Assembly (NCBI GenBank): GCA_028826165.1
Contig: JAPDFW010000060.1
Span: 505,624 to 569,623, forward strand
From: Anaeramoeba ignava BMAN
Lineage: Eukaryota > Protista > Anaeramoebae
Length of the DNA stretch: 64,000 nt
Direction of reading: 5' to 3'
How positions within the stretch are numbered: position 1 is the first letter of the stretch; the number at the start of each line of letters is the position of its first letter. Positions 12,800 to 24,437 of this stretch are shown here, piece after piece. The notes under the pieces were generated by a model that was given only the letters and a program-made list of their open reading frames with translations, was not told where the DNA came from and made no database searches. The translations under genes were made by a program, and so were the position numbers.

Positions 12800-14808
12800 A
12801 TGCAAAATAATTCACTTGAAATTATTGGAAGAAAAGAGCAAATTAAAACTCTTTTAGATTATTTTGGTTCAGTATAATATAATAATATACATCTTTTTCT
12901 TTTTATTTTTATTTTTCTTTTTCTTTGAAAATTTATTTTATAAATAAATCCAACAATAAAAAGCCTCAATCTCTTTGTCCTTCTTTATTTATTTTTGGAC
13001 AAAGTTCAACTGGAAAAACATCTTTAATACTTTCTATGATGAAATCTTATCCACATTGCTTTATTAATTGTATTGAATCGAATACTGAATTATCTATTTT
13101 TAGAAAAATAATTCAAACAACTCTACAATTTGTTTCTTCAGAACCTAAAAAAAAGCAATTAAAACTTTCTAAATGTTCTGATTTAAATCAATTTTGTAGA
13201 AAATTAAATGAATATTCTGTATTTGAAGAAACATATTATATTGTATTTTTCTTCCCCTTTTTTTTATCATTATCGTTATTTAAATTGATTTAGATTCGTT
13301 TTAAAAATTAAAAAAAAAAACAGATTCTTGATGATGCACACAGAATTCTTGATATTCCTCAAAGTTCTAATCTTGTTAATTTTTTCCTCAATATTCAACA
13401 ATTTGTAAACAATTTCTTTTTCTTTTTATTTTTATTTTTATTTTTATTTTTATTTTTATTTTTATTTTTATTTTTCTTTTATTTTTATTTTGGTAATCAG
13501 ACAAAGAAAAATATTACAACAATTTTCATCTCAAAAATTTCTTGGGAACATTTTATTGGGGAATGCTTGATCACAGAGCCAATTGTTATTTTCTTTCCAA
13601 ATTATACTGAAAGTAATAATTCAATTATAAATTCTTGCTTTCCTTTTCTTAAAAAAATTTCAATTTAAAATTCAAAATTAAAATAGATGAAATTATAGAA
13701 ATTCTGTCTCATCAATGTCCTCAAAAATATCAAGAATTAAAAGAATATTACATCGATTTTGTGCGATTATTATATGGATTTGTCAACAATTCTTGCCGTG
13801 ATCTAAGCGAAATTCGCTATTTAACAAATACATTTTTCCCCAAATATATTGAGCCAATTAAAGAAAAAAACCAAAACCAAAAGACACTACTCTTCAGAAA
13901 TATTAAACCTTATCTCGAGCATCTCCTTGATAAATCATATTTACGAACAATTTCATATTCAGAAATTGCGAATGATCGGAGTGTTTCTTTCAATGAAAAT
14001 ATAGAAGATCAATCTAATAAACAAAATGAAATTGATCTTCCAAAAATCACCAAATTCATTTTAATTTCAGCATATATTGCTTCTTATGTATCTCCATCTT
14101 TTGATTTGAGACTTTTTACATCCACAAAAACGAAAAAAGTTAGCAAAAGAAAAAAACAAACACAAGTAATTAATTAAATAAATAAATTTTCTTTTTATTT
14201 CAACCAAATTGATTGGATTTTTTATAATAATAACAATTCGAGAAGCAATCAAAAAAAATAGATATGATTTTCTAATTTTAATCCCAAATTTGAGAACATA
14301 AACGAACAAAATAAAAAAAAATGATCAAATTGGGAAAAAATTTTTTTATAAATTCATTTCAGAAAAATGATTGCTTTTCAAATTGTTATTTTTATTGAAA
14401 TTCCAATTATTTATTTTGAGTTGAAAAATTAATATTATTAAAAATATTAATATTAATAATAATAATAAATAGATTTCAGAACTTTTTTCTGGACCTTCAA
14501 CTTTTTCATTAGATCGATTAATTGGAATTTTGACTTTTTTAATAAATAATGAAACTGAAATTGAAAATGAAATTGAAAATGAAAATGATCATGAAAATGA
14601 TCACAACAAAAAAAAACTTCCTAATATTACTTCATCTGGTTTTGTTTTACAACAAATTACCAGTTTAGTTTCTTCTGGTTTTCTTTCTAAAATATCAAAT
14701 AATTTCCAATTTAATAAACCATATTTTAGATGTAATGTTTCTTTTGATATGATTAAAAGAATTTCAGAATCAGAAAAATTTGAAATTGAAAATTATTTGA
14801 TAAAATAA
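12800..14808 (+). CDS. ORC5: Origin recognition complex subunit 5; exons 12800-12871, 12964-13242, 13324-13404, 13501-13612, 13687-14165, 14473-14808
   Basis: GRKEQIKTL, Walker A LFIFGQSSTGKT, YIILDDAH, FPNYTENEIIEIL, LPKITKFILISAYIASY, GPSTFSLDRLIGI, QITSLV, YFRCNVS. All six exons join in frame at GT-AG sites. Confidence 0.88.
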
Positions 14809-15237
14809 TAAATTTTTTAATTAAATTAAAAAAAAAATAAAATAAATTTTTTAATTTAATTTGACTTTTACAATTTGACATTTTTTAAATTAAAAAAATA
14901 ATAAATAAAAAAATATTTTGATCAATTAAAAAATTAATAAAAAAAAACAAAATAAAACGTTATTTTAATTTTAATTTTAATTTTAATTTTAATTTTAATT
15001 TTAATTTTAATTAAAAAACTTAATTTGTGAAAATTTAATTGTGGGCAAAAAAGAAAAAAAAAAATGAAAAAAAAAAAATAATTCTCTTCATTTTTTTTTT
15101 AATTTTTTTTCATTTTTCATTTTATTGAAAAATAAAGAAACCATTCAGTTTCTCTTTTTACTTTTTTTCTTCTTTCAGTTTTTTTTTCTTTTCATAAACA
15201 AAACAAACTTAAAAAAAAAACCAAATTAACCAACAAA

Positions 15238-17334
15238 ATGGGAATAACACAATCAAAACAAACAGAACAAATTATTCAAAAAACACCTTATTCTTCCAAA
15301 AATAAAAGAATAGATGGTTATATTCCTGAACAATTTCCAAGAATTGTTGAAAAAGAAGGTCAAAAATTTTATTCTTGGAATTATCAACAAAATGGTGAAA
15401 CAATTTATCGTTCAAATTTAGCTAAAGATGGTTTACTTTCGAAATGGAATGAATCAGTTTCAACTTTATATGAAAATCTTGAAGTAACAACAAAATCAGC
15501 TCCTGATAATCAACTTTTTGGAACAAGAAAATACAATAAAACAACTAAAAAATATGAAGATTATGAATGGAAAACTTATAAAGAATTTGGTGAAGAAAGA
15601 ACTTATTTTGGAAGTGGATTAATTAATTATGGAATTAAAAAAGATGATAGAATTGGAATATTTGCAAAAAACAGATATGAATGGGTTCTTACTGAACATT
15701 CTGCTTATGCTTATTCATTTTTATTAGTTCCTTTATATCATACTTTTGGAATTCCAAATATTCTTTATATTATTAATCATTCAGAATGTAAAGTTGTTAT
15801 TACTGAAATGAAATATGTTTCTAAATTAAAACAAATTTGTGAAGAATGTAAAACATTAAAATCAATAATTGTTCTTGATGATCCTGAAGAAGATATTGAT
15901 AAATTTTTAGAAGAAAATGAAGATATCAAATTTCTTAATTCACATAATATTAATATTTATAAATTCAATGAAATATTTGAATCAGGAAAACAAAAACAAT
16001 ATCCTCATCAACCAAATAAAGCTGATGATCTTTGTTCTTTAATTTACACAAGTGGAACAACTTCACAACCCAAAGGAGTACTTACAACTCACAAAAATCT
16101 AATTTCAACAATTGCAGGATTTTATTATATTGGATATGATTTTAGTGATAATGAATCTTATTATAGTTATCTTCCATTAAGTCATGTTTATGAAAGAGCA
16201 TTGGAAGGTACAATGATTTCAATAAGTGCACGTATTGGATTTTCTAGTGGAGACAATACAAAACTTGTTGAAGAAATGCAACTTGTTAAACCAACAATAT
16301 TTACAGGAGTTCCACGTATTTATTCCAAAGTTTATGATAAAGTTACACAAGGAATCAAAAAGAAAAGTATTTTCAGTCAATATCTTTTTCAAGTAGCATA
16401 TGAAGCTAAAAAGAAAGCAATCGAAAATGGAGAATCATATGATTTGTGGGATAAATTAGTATTCAATAAAACAAAACAACTTCTTGGAGGAAGAATTGAG
16501 TTACTGATTTCAGGAAGTGCAGCATTACTTCCTTTACATCAAGAATTTTTCAAAATACTTTTCACTCCTCATTTTGTTCAAGGATGGGGATTAACAGAAA
16601 CAGCATCAGGAGGAACTGTCCAGAATCATGAAGATACTATTTGTAATGGAGTAGTTGGACCACCTTTATGTTCTTGTGAAATCAAACTTGAAAGTGTTCC
16701 TGAACTTAATTATAATGTTAATGATAAACCTAATCCAAGAGGAGAGCTTTTGGTTAGAGGACCAAATGTTCTTGAAGGATATTATAAAAATCCAGAAGCA
16801 ACAAATGAAGTTATTATTGATGGATGGTTTCATACAGGAGATATTGGAGAAGCACTTCCAAATGGACATCTTAAAGTTATTGATCGTAAAAAGAATATTT
16901 TCAAATTATCACAAGGAGAATATGTTGCACCTGATGTTCTTGAAGGTCTTTATTCAAATTCTCAATATGTTATGCAGCTTATGGTTTATGGAAATTCACA
17001 AGAAGATTATTTAATTGGAATTGCTGTTCCTGAAAAAGAAATTATTTTAGATCATTTCAAAAATGAAAAACAAGAAAATGAAAATTCAGAAGAATTTTTT
17101 CAAAGAATTTGCCAAGAAGAAAAAATCAAAGAATTAATTTTAAAAGATATGGAAAAAATTGGAAGAGGAGCTAATCGATTTGGATTTGAAATTCTTAGAA
17201 ATATTATAATTGAAACTGAACCATTTTCTGTTGAAAATGATTTACTTACAACAACAATGAAATTAAGAAGAAAAGCGATTGAAAATCATTATAAAAAACA
17301 ATTATTAGATTTATATTTAAATAAGTCTAATTAA
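15238..17334 (+). CDS. Long-chain acyl-CoA synthetase, copy 1
   Basis: 698 aa. YTSGTTSQPKG AMP-binding motif, YLPLSH, GWGLTET, GWFHTGDIG, IDRKKNIFKLSQGEYVAP. Confidence 0.95.
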   Translation: MGITQSKQTEQIIQKTPYSSKNKRIDGYIPEQFPRIVEKEGQKFYSWNYQQNGETIYRSNLAKDGLLSKWNESVSTLYENLEVTTKSAPDNQLFGTRKYNKTTKKYEDYEWKTYKEFGEERTYFGSGLINYGIKKDDRIGIFAKNRYEWVLTEHSAYAYSFLLVPLYHTFGIPNILYIINHSECKVVITEMKYVSKLKQICEECKTLKSIIVLDDPEEDIDKFLEENEDIKFLNSHNINIYKFNEIFESGKQKQYPHQPNKADDLCSLIYTSGTTSQPKGVLTTHKNLISTIAGFYYIGYDFSDNESYYSYLPLSHVYERALEGTMISISARIGFSSGDNTKLVEEMQLVKPTIFTGVPRIYSKVYDKVTQGIKKKSIFSQYLFQVAYEAKKKAIENGESYDLWDKLVFNKTKQLLGGRIELLISGSAALLPLHQEFFKILFTPHFVQGWGLTETASGGTVQNHEDTICNGVVGPPLCSCEIKLESVPELNYNVNDKPNPRGELLVRGPNVLEGYYKNPEATNEVIIDGWFHTGDIGEALPNGHLKVIDRKKNIFKLSQGEYVAPDVLEGLYSNSQYVMQLMVYGNSQEDYLIGIAVPEKEIILDHFKNEKQENENSEEFFQRICQEEKIKELILKDMEKIGRGANRFGFEILRNIIIETEPFSVENDLLTTTMKLRRKAIENHYKKQLLDLYLNKSN

Positions 17335-17637
17335 TCAATTAATTTTAATTTCAATTTTAATTTCAATTTTAATTTCAATTTCAATTTCAATTTCAATTTC
17401 AATTTCAATTTCAATTTCAATTTTAATTTCAATTTTAATTTTAATTTTAATTTCAATTTCAATTTTAATTTCAATTTCAATTTTAATTTTAATTTCAATT
17501 TTAATTTCAATTTTAATTTAATTTTAATTTTAATTTCAATTTTAATTTTAATTTCAATTTCGGAATTAAATTTCAATTTCCAAAATTTCATTTTTCATTT
17601 TTCAATTTTTTATTTTTTTTTAAAATTAAAGTTTTAA

Positions 17638-19407
17638 ATGTCAAAAGGTTCAGCATTACAATTTCTTTCACAAAAAAAATGGCATGTTCAAACAACACAA
17701 AATCAATTAAAAGTATGGCTAGCAGAACAAAAAGAAAAACAACAACAACAAAGGGCATTAGATAGACAAAAAGAATTTGAAGAAGAAAGAGAATATTTAA
17801 AAAATTTGTTTGCTATTATTATTATTTTTTATCAAATAAATAAATCAAATTAAATAATTTTAAATAACTTATCAAATTTAATAATAAAAAAATAATTTAC
17901 AGGCAAATGATTGAGAGTTCAAATCCAGAAGATAAAATTGAAAAAATGAAACAACCACTTCGATTTATGTATGAACAACCAAAACAATTAGAACAAAATG
18001 ATAAAGAAAAACAAGGAGAGAATAAAAATGATTTAAAAAATGTTGATCATCGAACTCTTGATATTCGAGAAAAGTTTCCCTTTTTAAAAAATGCACCTAC
18101 AAAAGGAAATTTACAAAGTGGAACAAATCTCAATTTTAAACCTTTGGGAATTCTTGTAAGAAATGTAAAATGTTTAAGGTAAATTTTCTAATTCTTTTTT
18201 TTTTTTAAAATAATTCTTTTTTTAATTAATTAATTAATTTAATTGATTAGATGTGGAAATTTTGGACATCAATCTGGAGATCGAGAATGTCCAATGTATA
18301 ATATTAATCCTAATGGTAAATATTTAAAATTCAAATTAAAATTCATTTTAAAATTAAAAATTAAAATCAAAATTAAAATTAAAATCAAATTAAAATTAAA
18401 AATCAATTTAAAATTAAAATCATTTTAAAATTAAAAATCATTTTAAAATTAAAAATTTGTTCATAAAATTAGATGATTTCAGACAAAGAATTGAAGATCC
18501 ATTATCAATTATGGAAACTCAAAATGCACTTGATGGACTTGAAATTGATTCAAGTTCAACAGGAAATAAATTTAAATTAAAATTATCACAATATTTAGCA
18601 TATAACTCACTTCAAGTTGATGAAAAAAAACAATTAGAAAGTGTAAATATAGAAGATGATACACTTGGCCAAAGTTTATTAGCTGGTTTATCAAATCTTG
18701 AAAAAAAGGCTCTAATTCAAATGATTAAGCAAATGGAAAAAGAAAAAAAAGAAGAACAAAAAAAAATAAAGAATAAACATAAACATAAACATAAACATAA
18801 ACATAAACATAAACATAAACATAAACATAAACATAAACATAAACATAAAGATAAAGATAAACATAAACATAAAGAAAAAGATAAAGAAAAAGATAAAGAA
18901 AAAGATAAAGATAAAGATAAAGAAAAAGATAAAGATAAAGATAAAGATAAAGATAAAGAAAAAGATAAACATAAACATAAAGAAAAAGAAAAAGATAAAG
19001 ATAAAGATAAACATAAAGAAAAAGATAAAGATAAAGATAAAGAAAAAGATAAAGAAAAAGCTAGAAAGAAAAAGAAAAGAAAAGATATTTTGGAAGAAAA
19101 TGAAATATCAGAAAATGACTTAAAAATAAATTCAAATTATGATTTAGATTTGAAGAAAAGAAAAAATGAAAAATATCATTCAAATAATTCAAATCATTCA
19201 CATAATTCAAATCATTCAAATCATTCAAATAATTTAAATCATTCAAATCATTTAAATCATACACATCATTCACATCATTTAAATCATTCAAATCATTCAA
19301 ATCATTCAAATCATTTAAATAATTTAAATCATTCAAATCATTCAAATCATTCAAATCATTCAAATCATTCAAATCATTTAAATCATTTAAATCATTTAAA
19401 TAATTAA
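17638..19407 (+). CDS. CIR1: CIR1-like splicing/corepressor protein (Cir_N plus zinc knuckle); exons 17638-17807, 17903-18178, 18251-18315, 18473-19407
   Basis: FLSQKKWHVQTTQNQLKVWLAEQK (Cir_N/Cwc25 N-terminus), LRFMY, FPFLKNAP, PLGILVRNVKCLRCGNFGHQSGDRECP, IEDPL, then an HK/DK/NHS low-complexity tail. Confidence 0.85.
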
Positions 19408-19660
19408 AATAATTCAAATCATTCAAATAATTCAAATCATTCAAATCATTCACATCATTCAAATAATTCAAATCATTTAAATCATTTAAATCATTCAAAT
19501 CATTTAAATCATTTAAATAATTCAAATAATTCAAATAATTCAAATCATTCACATAATTTAAATCATTTAAATAATTCAAATCATTCAAATCATTCAAATA
19601 ATTAAAATAATTCAAATCATTAAAATCATTTCATTTAAAATAATCAAAAATTCAAATAAT
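19175..19660. repeat. 9-bp repeat (AATCATTCA/AATCATTTA)n spanning the CIR1 stop codon
   Basis: Directly visible. Encodes NHS/NHL tripeptides up to the TAA at 19405-19407 and continues past it. Confidence 0.85.
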
Positions 19661-19958
19661 TCAAAAATTTCATTTTAAAATTAAATAATTTTAAAATTTA
19701 AATAATTCAAATCATTTCTATTTTTATTTCATTTTTCTTTAAAAAATTCTTTTTTATTTTTCAACATTTTCAAAATTCTTTTTAAAAACAAAAAAACAAA
19801 ATTTAAATCCAAATCAAATTAAATAAAACTTTTTTTTAAATAATATTTAAAGAAAGCAAAAAAAAAGCAAAAATTAAATTTCATTTTTTTTTTCTCCTTT
19901 CAGTTTTTTTTTCTTTTCATAAACAAAACAAACTTAAAAAAAAAAGCAAACCAACAAA

Positions 19959-22056
19959 ATGGGAATAACACAATCAAAACAAACAGAACAAATTATTCAA
20001 AAAACACCTTATTCTTCCAAAAGAAAAAGAATAGATGGTTATATTCCTGAACAATTTCCAAGAATTGTTGAAAAAGAAGGTCAAAAATTTTATTCTTGGA
20101 ATTACAAACAAAATGGTGAAACAATTTATCGTTCAAATTTAGCTAAAGATGGTTTAATTTCAAAATGGAATGAATCAGTTTCAACTTTATATGAAAATCT
20201 TGAAGTAACAACAAAATCAGTTCCTGATAATCAACTTTTTGGAACAAGAAAATACAACAAAACAACTAAAAAATATGAAGATTATGAATGGAAAACTTAT
20301 AAAGAATTTGGTGAAGAAAGAACTTATTTTGGAAGTGGATTAATTAATTATGGAATTAAAAAAGATGATAGAATTGGAATATTTGCAAAAAACAGATATG
20401 AATGGGTTCTTACTGAACATTCTGCTTATGCTTATTCGTTTTTATTAGTTCCTTTATATCATACTTTTGGAATTCCAAATATTCTTTATATTATTAATCA
20501 TTCAGAATGTAAAGTTGTTATTACTGAAATGAGGAATATTTCTAAATTAAAACAAATTTGTGAAGAATTTAAAACATTAAAATCAATAATTGTTCTTGAT
20601 GATCCTGAAGAAGATATTGATAAATTTTTAGAAGAAAATGAAGATATCAAATTTCTTAATTCACATAACATTAATATTTATAAATTCAATGAAATATTTG
20701 AATCAGGAAAACAAAAACAATATCCTCATCAACCAAATAAACCTGATGATCTTTGTTCTTTAATTTACACAAGTGGAACAACTTCACAACCTAAAGGAGT
20801 ACTTGTAACTCACAAAAATCTAATTTCAACAGTAGCAGGATTTTATTATATTGGATATGATTTTTCTGATAATGAATCTTATTATAGTTATCTTCCATTA
20901 AGTCATGTTTATGAAAGAGCATTGGAAAATACAATGATTGCAGTAAGTTCACGTATTGGATTTTCTAGTGGAGATGTTACAAAACTTGTTGAAGAGATGC
21001 AACTTGTTAAACCAACAGTATTTGCAGGAGTTCCACGTATTTATTCCAAAATTTATGATAAAGTTACACAAGGAATCAAAAAGAAAAGTATTTTCAGTCA
21101 ATATCTTTTTCAAGTAGCATATGAAGCTAAAAAGAAAGCAATAGAAAATGGAGAATCATATGTATTATGGGATAAATTAGTATTCAATAAAACAAAACAA
21201 CTTCTTGGAGGGAAAATTCAGTTCATGCTCTCAGGAAGTGCAGCATTACTTCCTTTACATCAAGAATTTTTCAAAATACTTTTCACTCCTCATTTTGTTC
21301 AAGCATGGGCATTAACAGAAACAGCAGCAGGAGGAACACTTCAATATTATGAAGATACTATTTGTAATGGAGTAGTTGGACCACCTTTATCCCTCTTGTG
21401 AAATCAAACTTGAAAGTGTTTCTGAACTTAATTATAATGTTAATGATGAACCTAATCCAAGAGGAGAACTTTTGGTTAGAGGACCAAGTATTTTTAAAGG
21501 ATATTATAAAAATCCAGAAGCAACAAATGAAGTAATTATTGATGGATGGTTTCATACAGGAGATATTGGAGAAGCACTTCCAAATGGACATCTTAAAATT
21601 ATTGATCGTAAAAAGAATATTTTCAAATTATCACAAGGAGAATATGTTGCACCTGATGTTCTTGAAGGTCTTTATTCAAATTCTCAATATGTTATGCAAG
21701 TTATGGTTTATGGAAATTCACAAGAAGATTATTTAATTGGAATTGCTGTTCCTGAAAAAGAAATTATTTTAGATTATTTCAAAAATGAAAAACAAGAAAA
21801 TGAAAATTCAGAAGAATTTTTTCAAAGAATTTGTCAAGAAGAAAAAATCAAAGAATTAATTTTAAAAGATATGGAAAAAATTGGAAGAGAAACTAATCGA
21901 TTTGGATTTGAAATTATTAGAAATATTATAATTGAAACTGAACCATTTTCTATTGAAAATGAATTTATTACAACAACAATGAAATTAAGAAGAAAAATTA
22001 TTGAAAATCATTACAAAAAACAATTATTAGATTTATATTTAAATAAGTCTAATTAA
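19959..22056 (+). CDS. Long-chain acyl-CoA synthetase, copy 2, with a +1 frameshift near 21392 (assembly error or young pseudogene)
   Basis: Near-identical to copy 1. CCTTTATCCCTCTTGT versus CCTTTATGTTCTTGT in copy 1 shows one extra base that splits it into ORFs 19959-21401 and 21376-22056. Confidence 0.88.
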
Positions 22057-22427
22057 TTAATCAATTTTAATTCCAATTTTAATTTCAATTTTAATTTTAA
22101 TTTTAATTTCAATTTCAATTTTAATTTCAATTTTAATTTTAATTTTAATTTCAATTTTAATTTTAATTTTAATTTTAATTTTAATTTTAATTTTAATTTC
22201 AATTTTAATTTTAATTTTAATTTTAATTTTAATTTTAATTTTAATTTTAATTTTAATTTTAATTTTAATTTTAATTTTAATTTTAATTTTAATTTTAATT
22301 TTAATTTTAATTTTAATTTTAATTTTAATTTTAATTTCGGAATTAAATTTTAATTTCCAAAATTTCATTTTTCATTTTTCATTTTTCATTTTTCATTTTT
22401 CATTTTTTTTTAAAATTAAAGTTTTAA

Positions 22428-22570
22428 ATGTCAAAAGGTTCAGCATTACAATTTCTTTCACAAAAAAAATGATATTTTCAAACAACATAAAATCAATTAA
22501 AAGTATTGTTTATCAGAACAAAAAGAAAAACAAAAATAACAATCATTATATAGACAAAAAGAATTTAACA
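22428..22570 (+). pseudogene. Truncated CIR1 exon-1 duplicate
   Basis: ATGTCAAAAGGTTCAGCATTACAATTTCTTTCACAAAAAAAA is identical to 17638 onward, then TGG>TGA and CAA>TAA stops. The upstream intergenic sequence is also duplicated. Confidence 0.85.
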
Positions 22571-22809
22571 ACTAATTTTAAAAAGCAATTTTAAAAAGAC
22601 ATTTTAAAAGCAATTTTAATTTTTTTAATTAATTTAATTTTAATTTCAATTTAATTTTCATTTTCAAAAGCAATTTTTTTCATTTTTCATTTTAAAATTT
22701 TAAAAAAATTTTAAAAATAAATTCAAAAGGTTTAAATCAATTTTTTTCACAAAAATTATTTCAAATTTTAAAATCAAAAAATCAATTTATTTTATTTCAC
22801 AATTTAAAA

Positions 22810-23940
22810 ACAAATCAATTTAATTTTAAATCAATTTAATTTTAAATCAATTTCAAATAATTTTTAAAAACTAATTTTAAAGCAATTTTAAAAAGACATT
22901 TTAAAAGCAATTTTAATTTCAAATTAATTTAATTTCAAATCAATTTCAAAGCAATTTTAAAAGCAATTTTAAAAGCAATTTAAAAAGCAATTTTAATTTT
23001 AAATTAATTTAATTTTAAATCAATTTATTTTAAATCAATTCATTTCCAAATCAATTTAATTTTAAATCAATTTATTTCCAAATCAATTTAATTTTAAATC
23101 AATTTATTAATTTCCAAATCAATTTAATTCCCAAATCAATTTATTTCCAAATCAATTTAATTCCAAATCAATTTAATTTCCAAATCAATTTAATTCCAAA
23201 TCAATTTATTTTTAAATCAATTTATTTCCAAATCAATTTATTTTTAAATCAATTTATTTCCAAATCAATTTATTTTTAAATCAATTTATTTCCAAATCAA
23301 TTTAATTTTAATTCTAATTTAATTTTAAATCAATTTATTTTTAAATCAATTTATTTTTAAATCAATTTATTTTTAAATCAATTTATTTCCAAATCAATTT
23401 ATTTCCAAATCAATTTATTTTTAAATCAATTTATTTCCAAATCAATTTAATTTTAAATCAATTTAATTTTTAAATCAATTTAATTTTAAATCAATTTAAT
23501 TTCCAAATTAATTTATTTCCAAATTAATTTATTTCCAAATCAATTTAATTCCAAATCAATTTATTTCCAAATCAATTTAATTTCCAAATTAATTTAATTT
23601 TCCAAATCAATTTAATTTTAAATCAATTTAATTTTAAATCAATTTAATTTTAAATCAATTTAATTTCAAATCAATTTATTTCAAATCAATTTAATTTCCA
23701 AATTAATTTAATTTTAAATCAATTTAATTTTAAATCAATTTATTTTTAAATCAATTTAATTTTAAATCAATTTATTTTTAAATTAATTTAATTCTAAATC
23801 AATTTATTTCCAAATCAATTTAATTTTAAATCAATTTAATTTTAAATCAATTTATTTCCAAATCAATTTATTTCCAAATCAATTTAATTTTAAATCAATT
23901 TAATTTTAATTCTAATTTTATTTTAATTCTAATTTAATTC
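22810..23940. repeat. About 17-bp minisatellite (AAATCAATTTAATTTT / AAATCAATTTATTTCC variants)
   Basis: About 1.1 kb tandem array between LACS copies 2 and 3. Confidence 0.85.
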
Positions 23941-24437
23941 TAATTCTAAAATTCCATTTTCCACTTATTCTATTCAATTCTATTATAAGATAAATTCCAA
24001 ACTGAAACAATAATATAAAATTATAAACTTAAAATTTGTTTTCTTTCAATTTTAAATTAAAATTCTTTTATCAAATTTAATTCCAAAAATTGAATCTTTG
24101 AAAAAAAAAAAGAAAATCCACATTTCCAAAACATTCTAAATTAAAATTTAAACAAAAAATGCCAAATTAAATTTAAAATTTATCCTTTTATTCAGTTTTT
24201 CCAAGTATCAAAATTTTCTTTCTTTAATTTATTATTTAAATTTTTTATTTTATTCTTTTTTAGTTATGTTAATTCCCCGATCTTATTAACCAATTTAAAT
24301 TCTTTTGTAAATAAATTAAAATTTTGCTTTTAAAAAAAACTCATAAAACTAAAAATTTTTGATCAAAAAAAAAAAAATTAACTTAAGGAAAAAGAAACCA
24401 AAAAAAAATTTATTTTACAACTCTCAAAAAAATAAAA

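Noticed and set aside
11085-21400. Programmed ribosomal frameshifting in ankyrin-BTB (about 11093), SMN (about 12220 and 12263) and LACS copy 2 (about 21392)
   Set aside because: Each break is a small indel in a homopolymer or microsatellite with no evident stimulatory structure. Long-read error is the simpler explanation; read data are needed.
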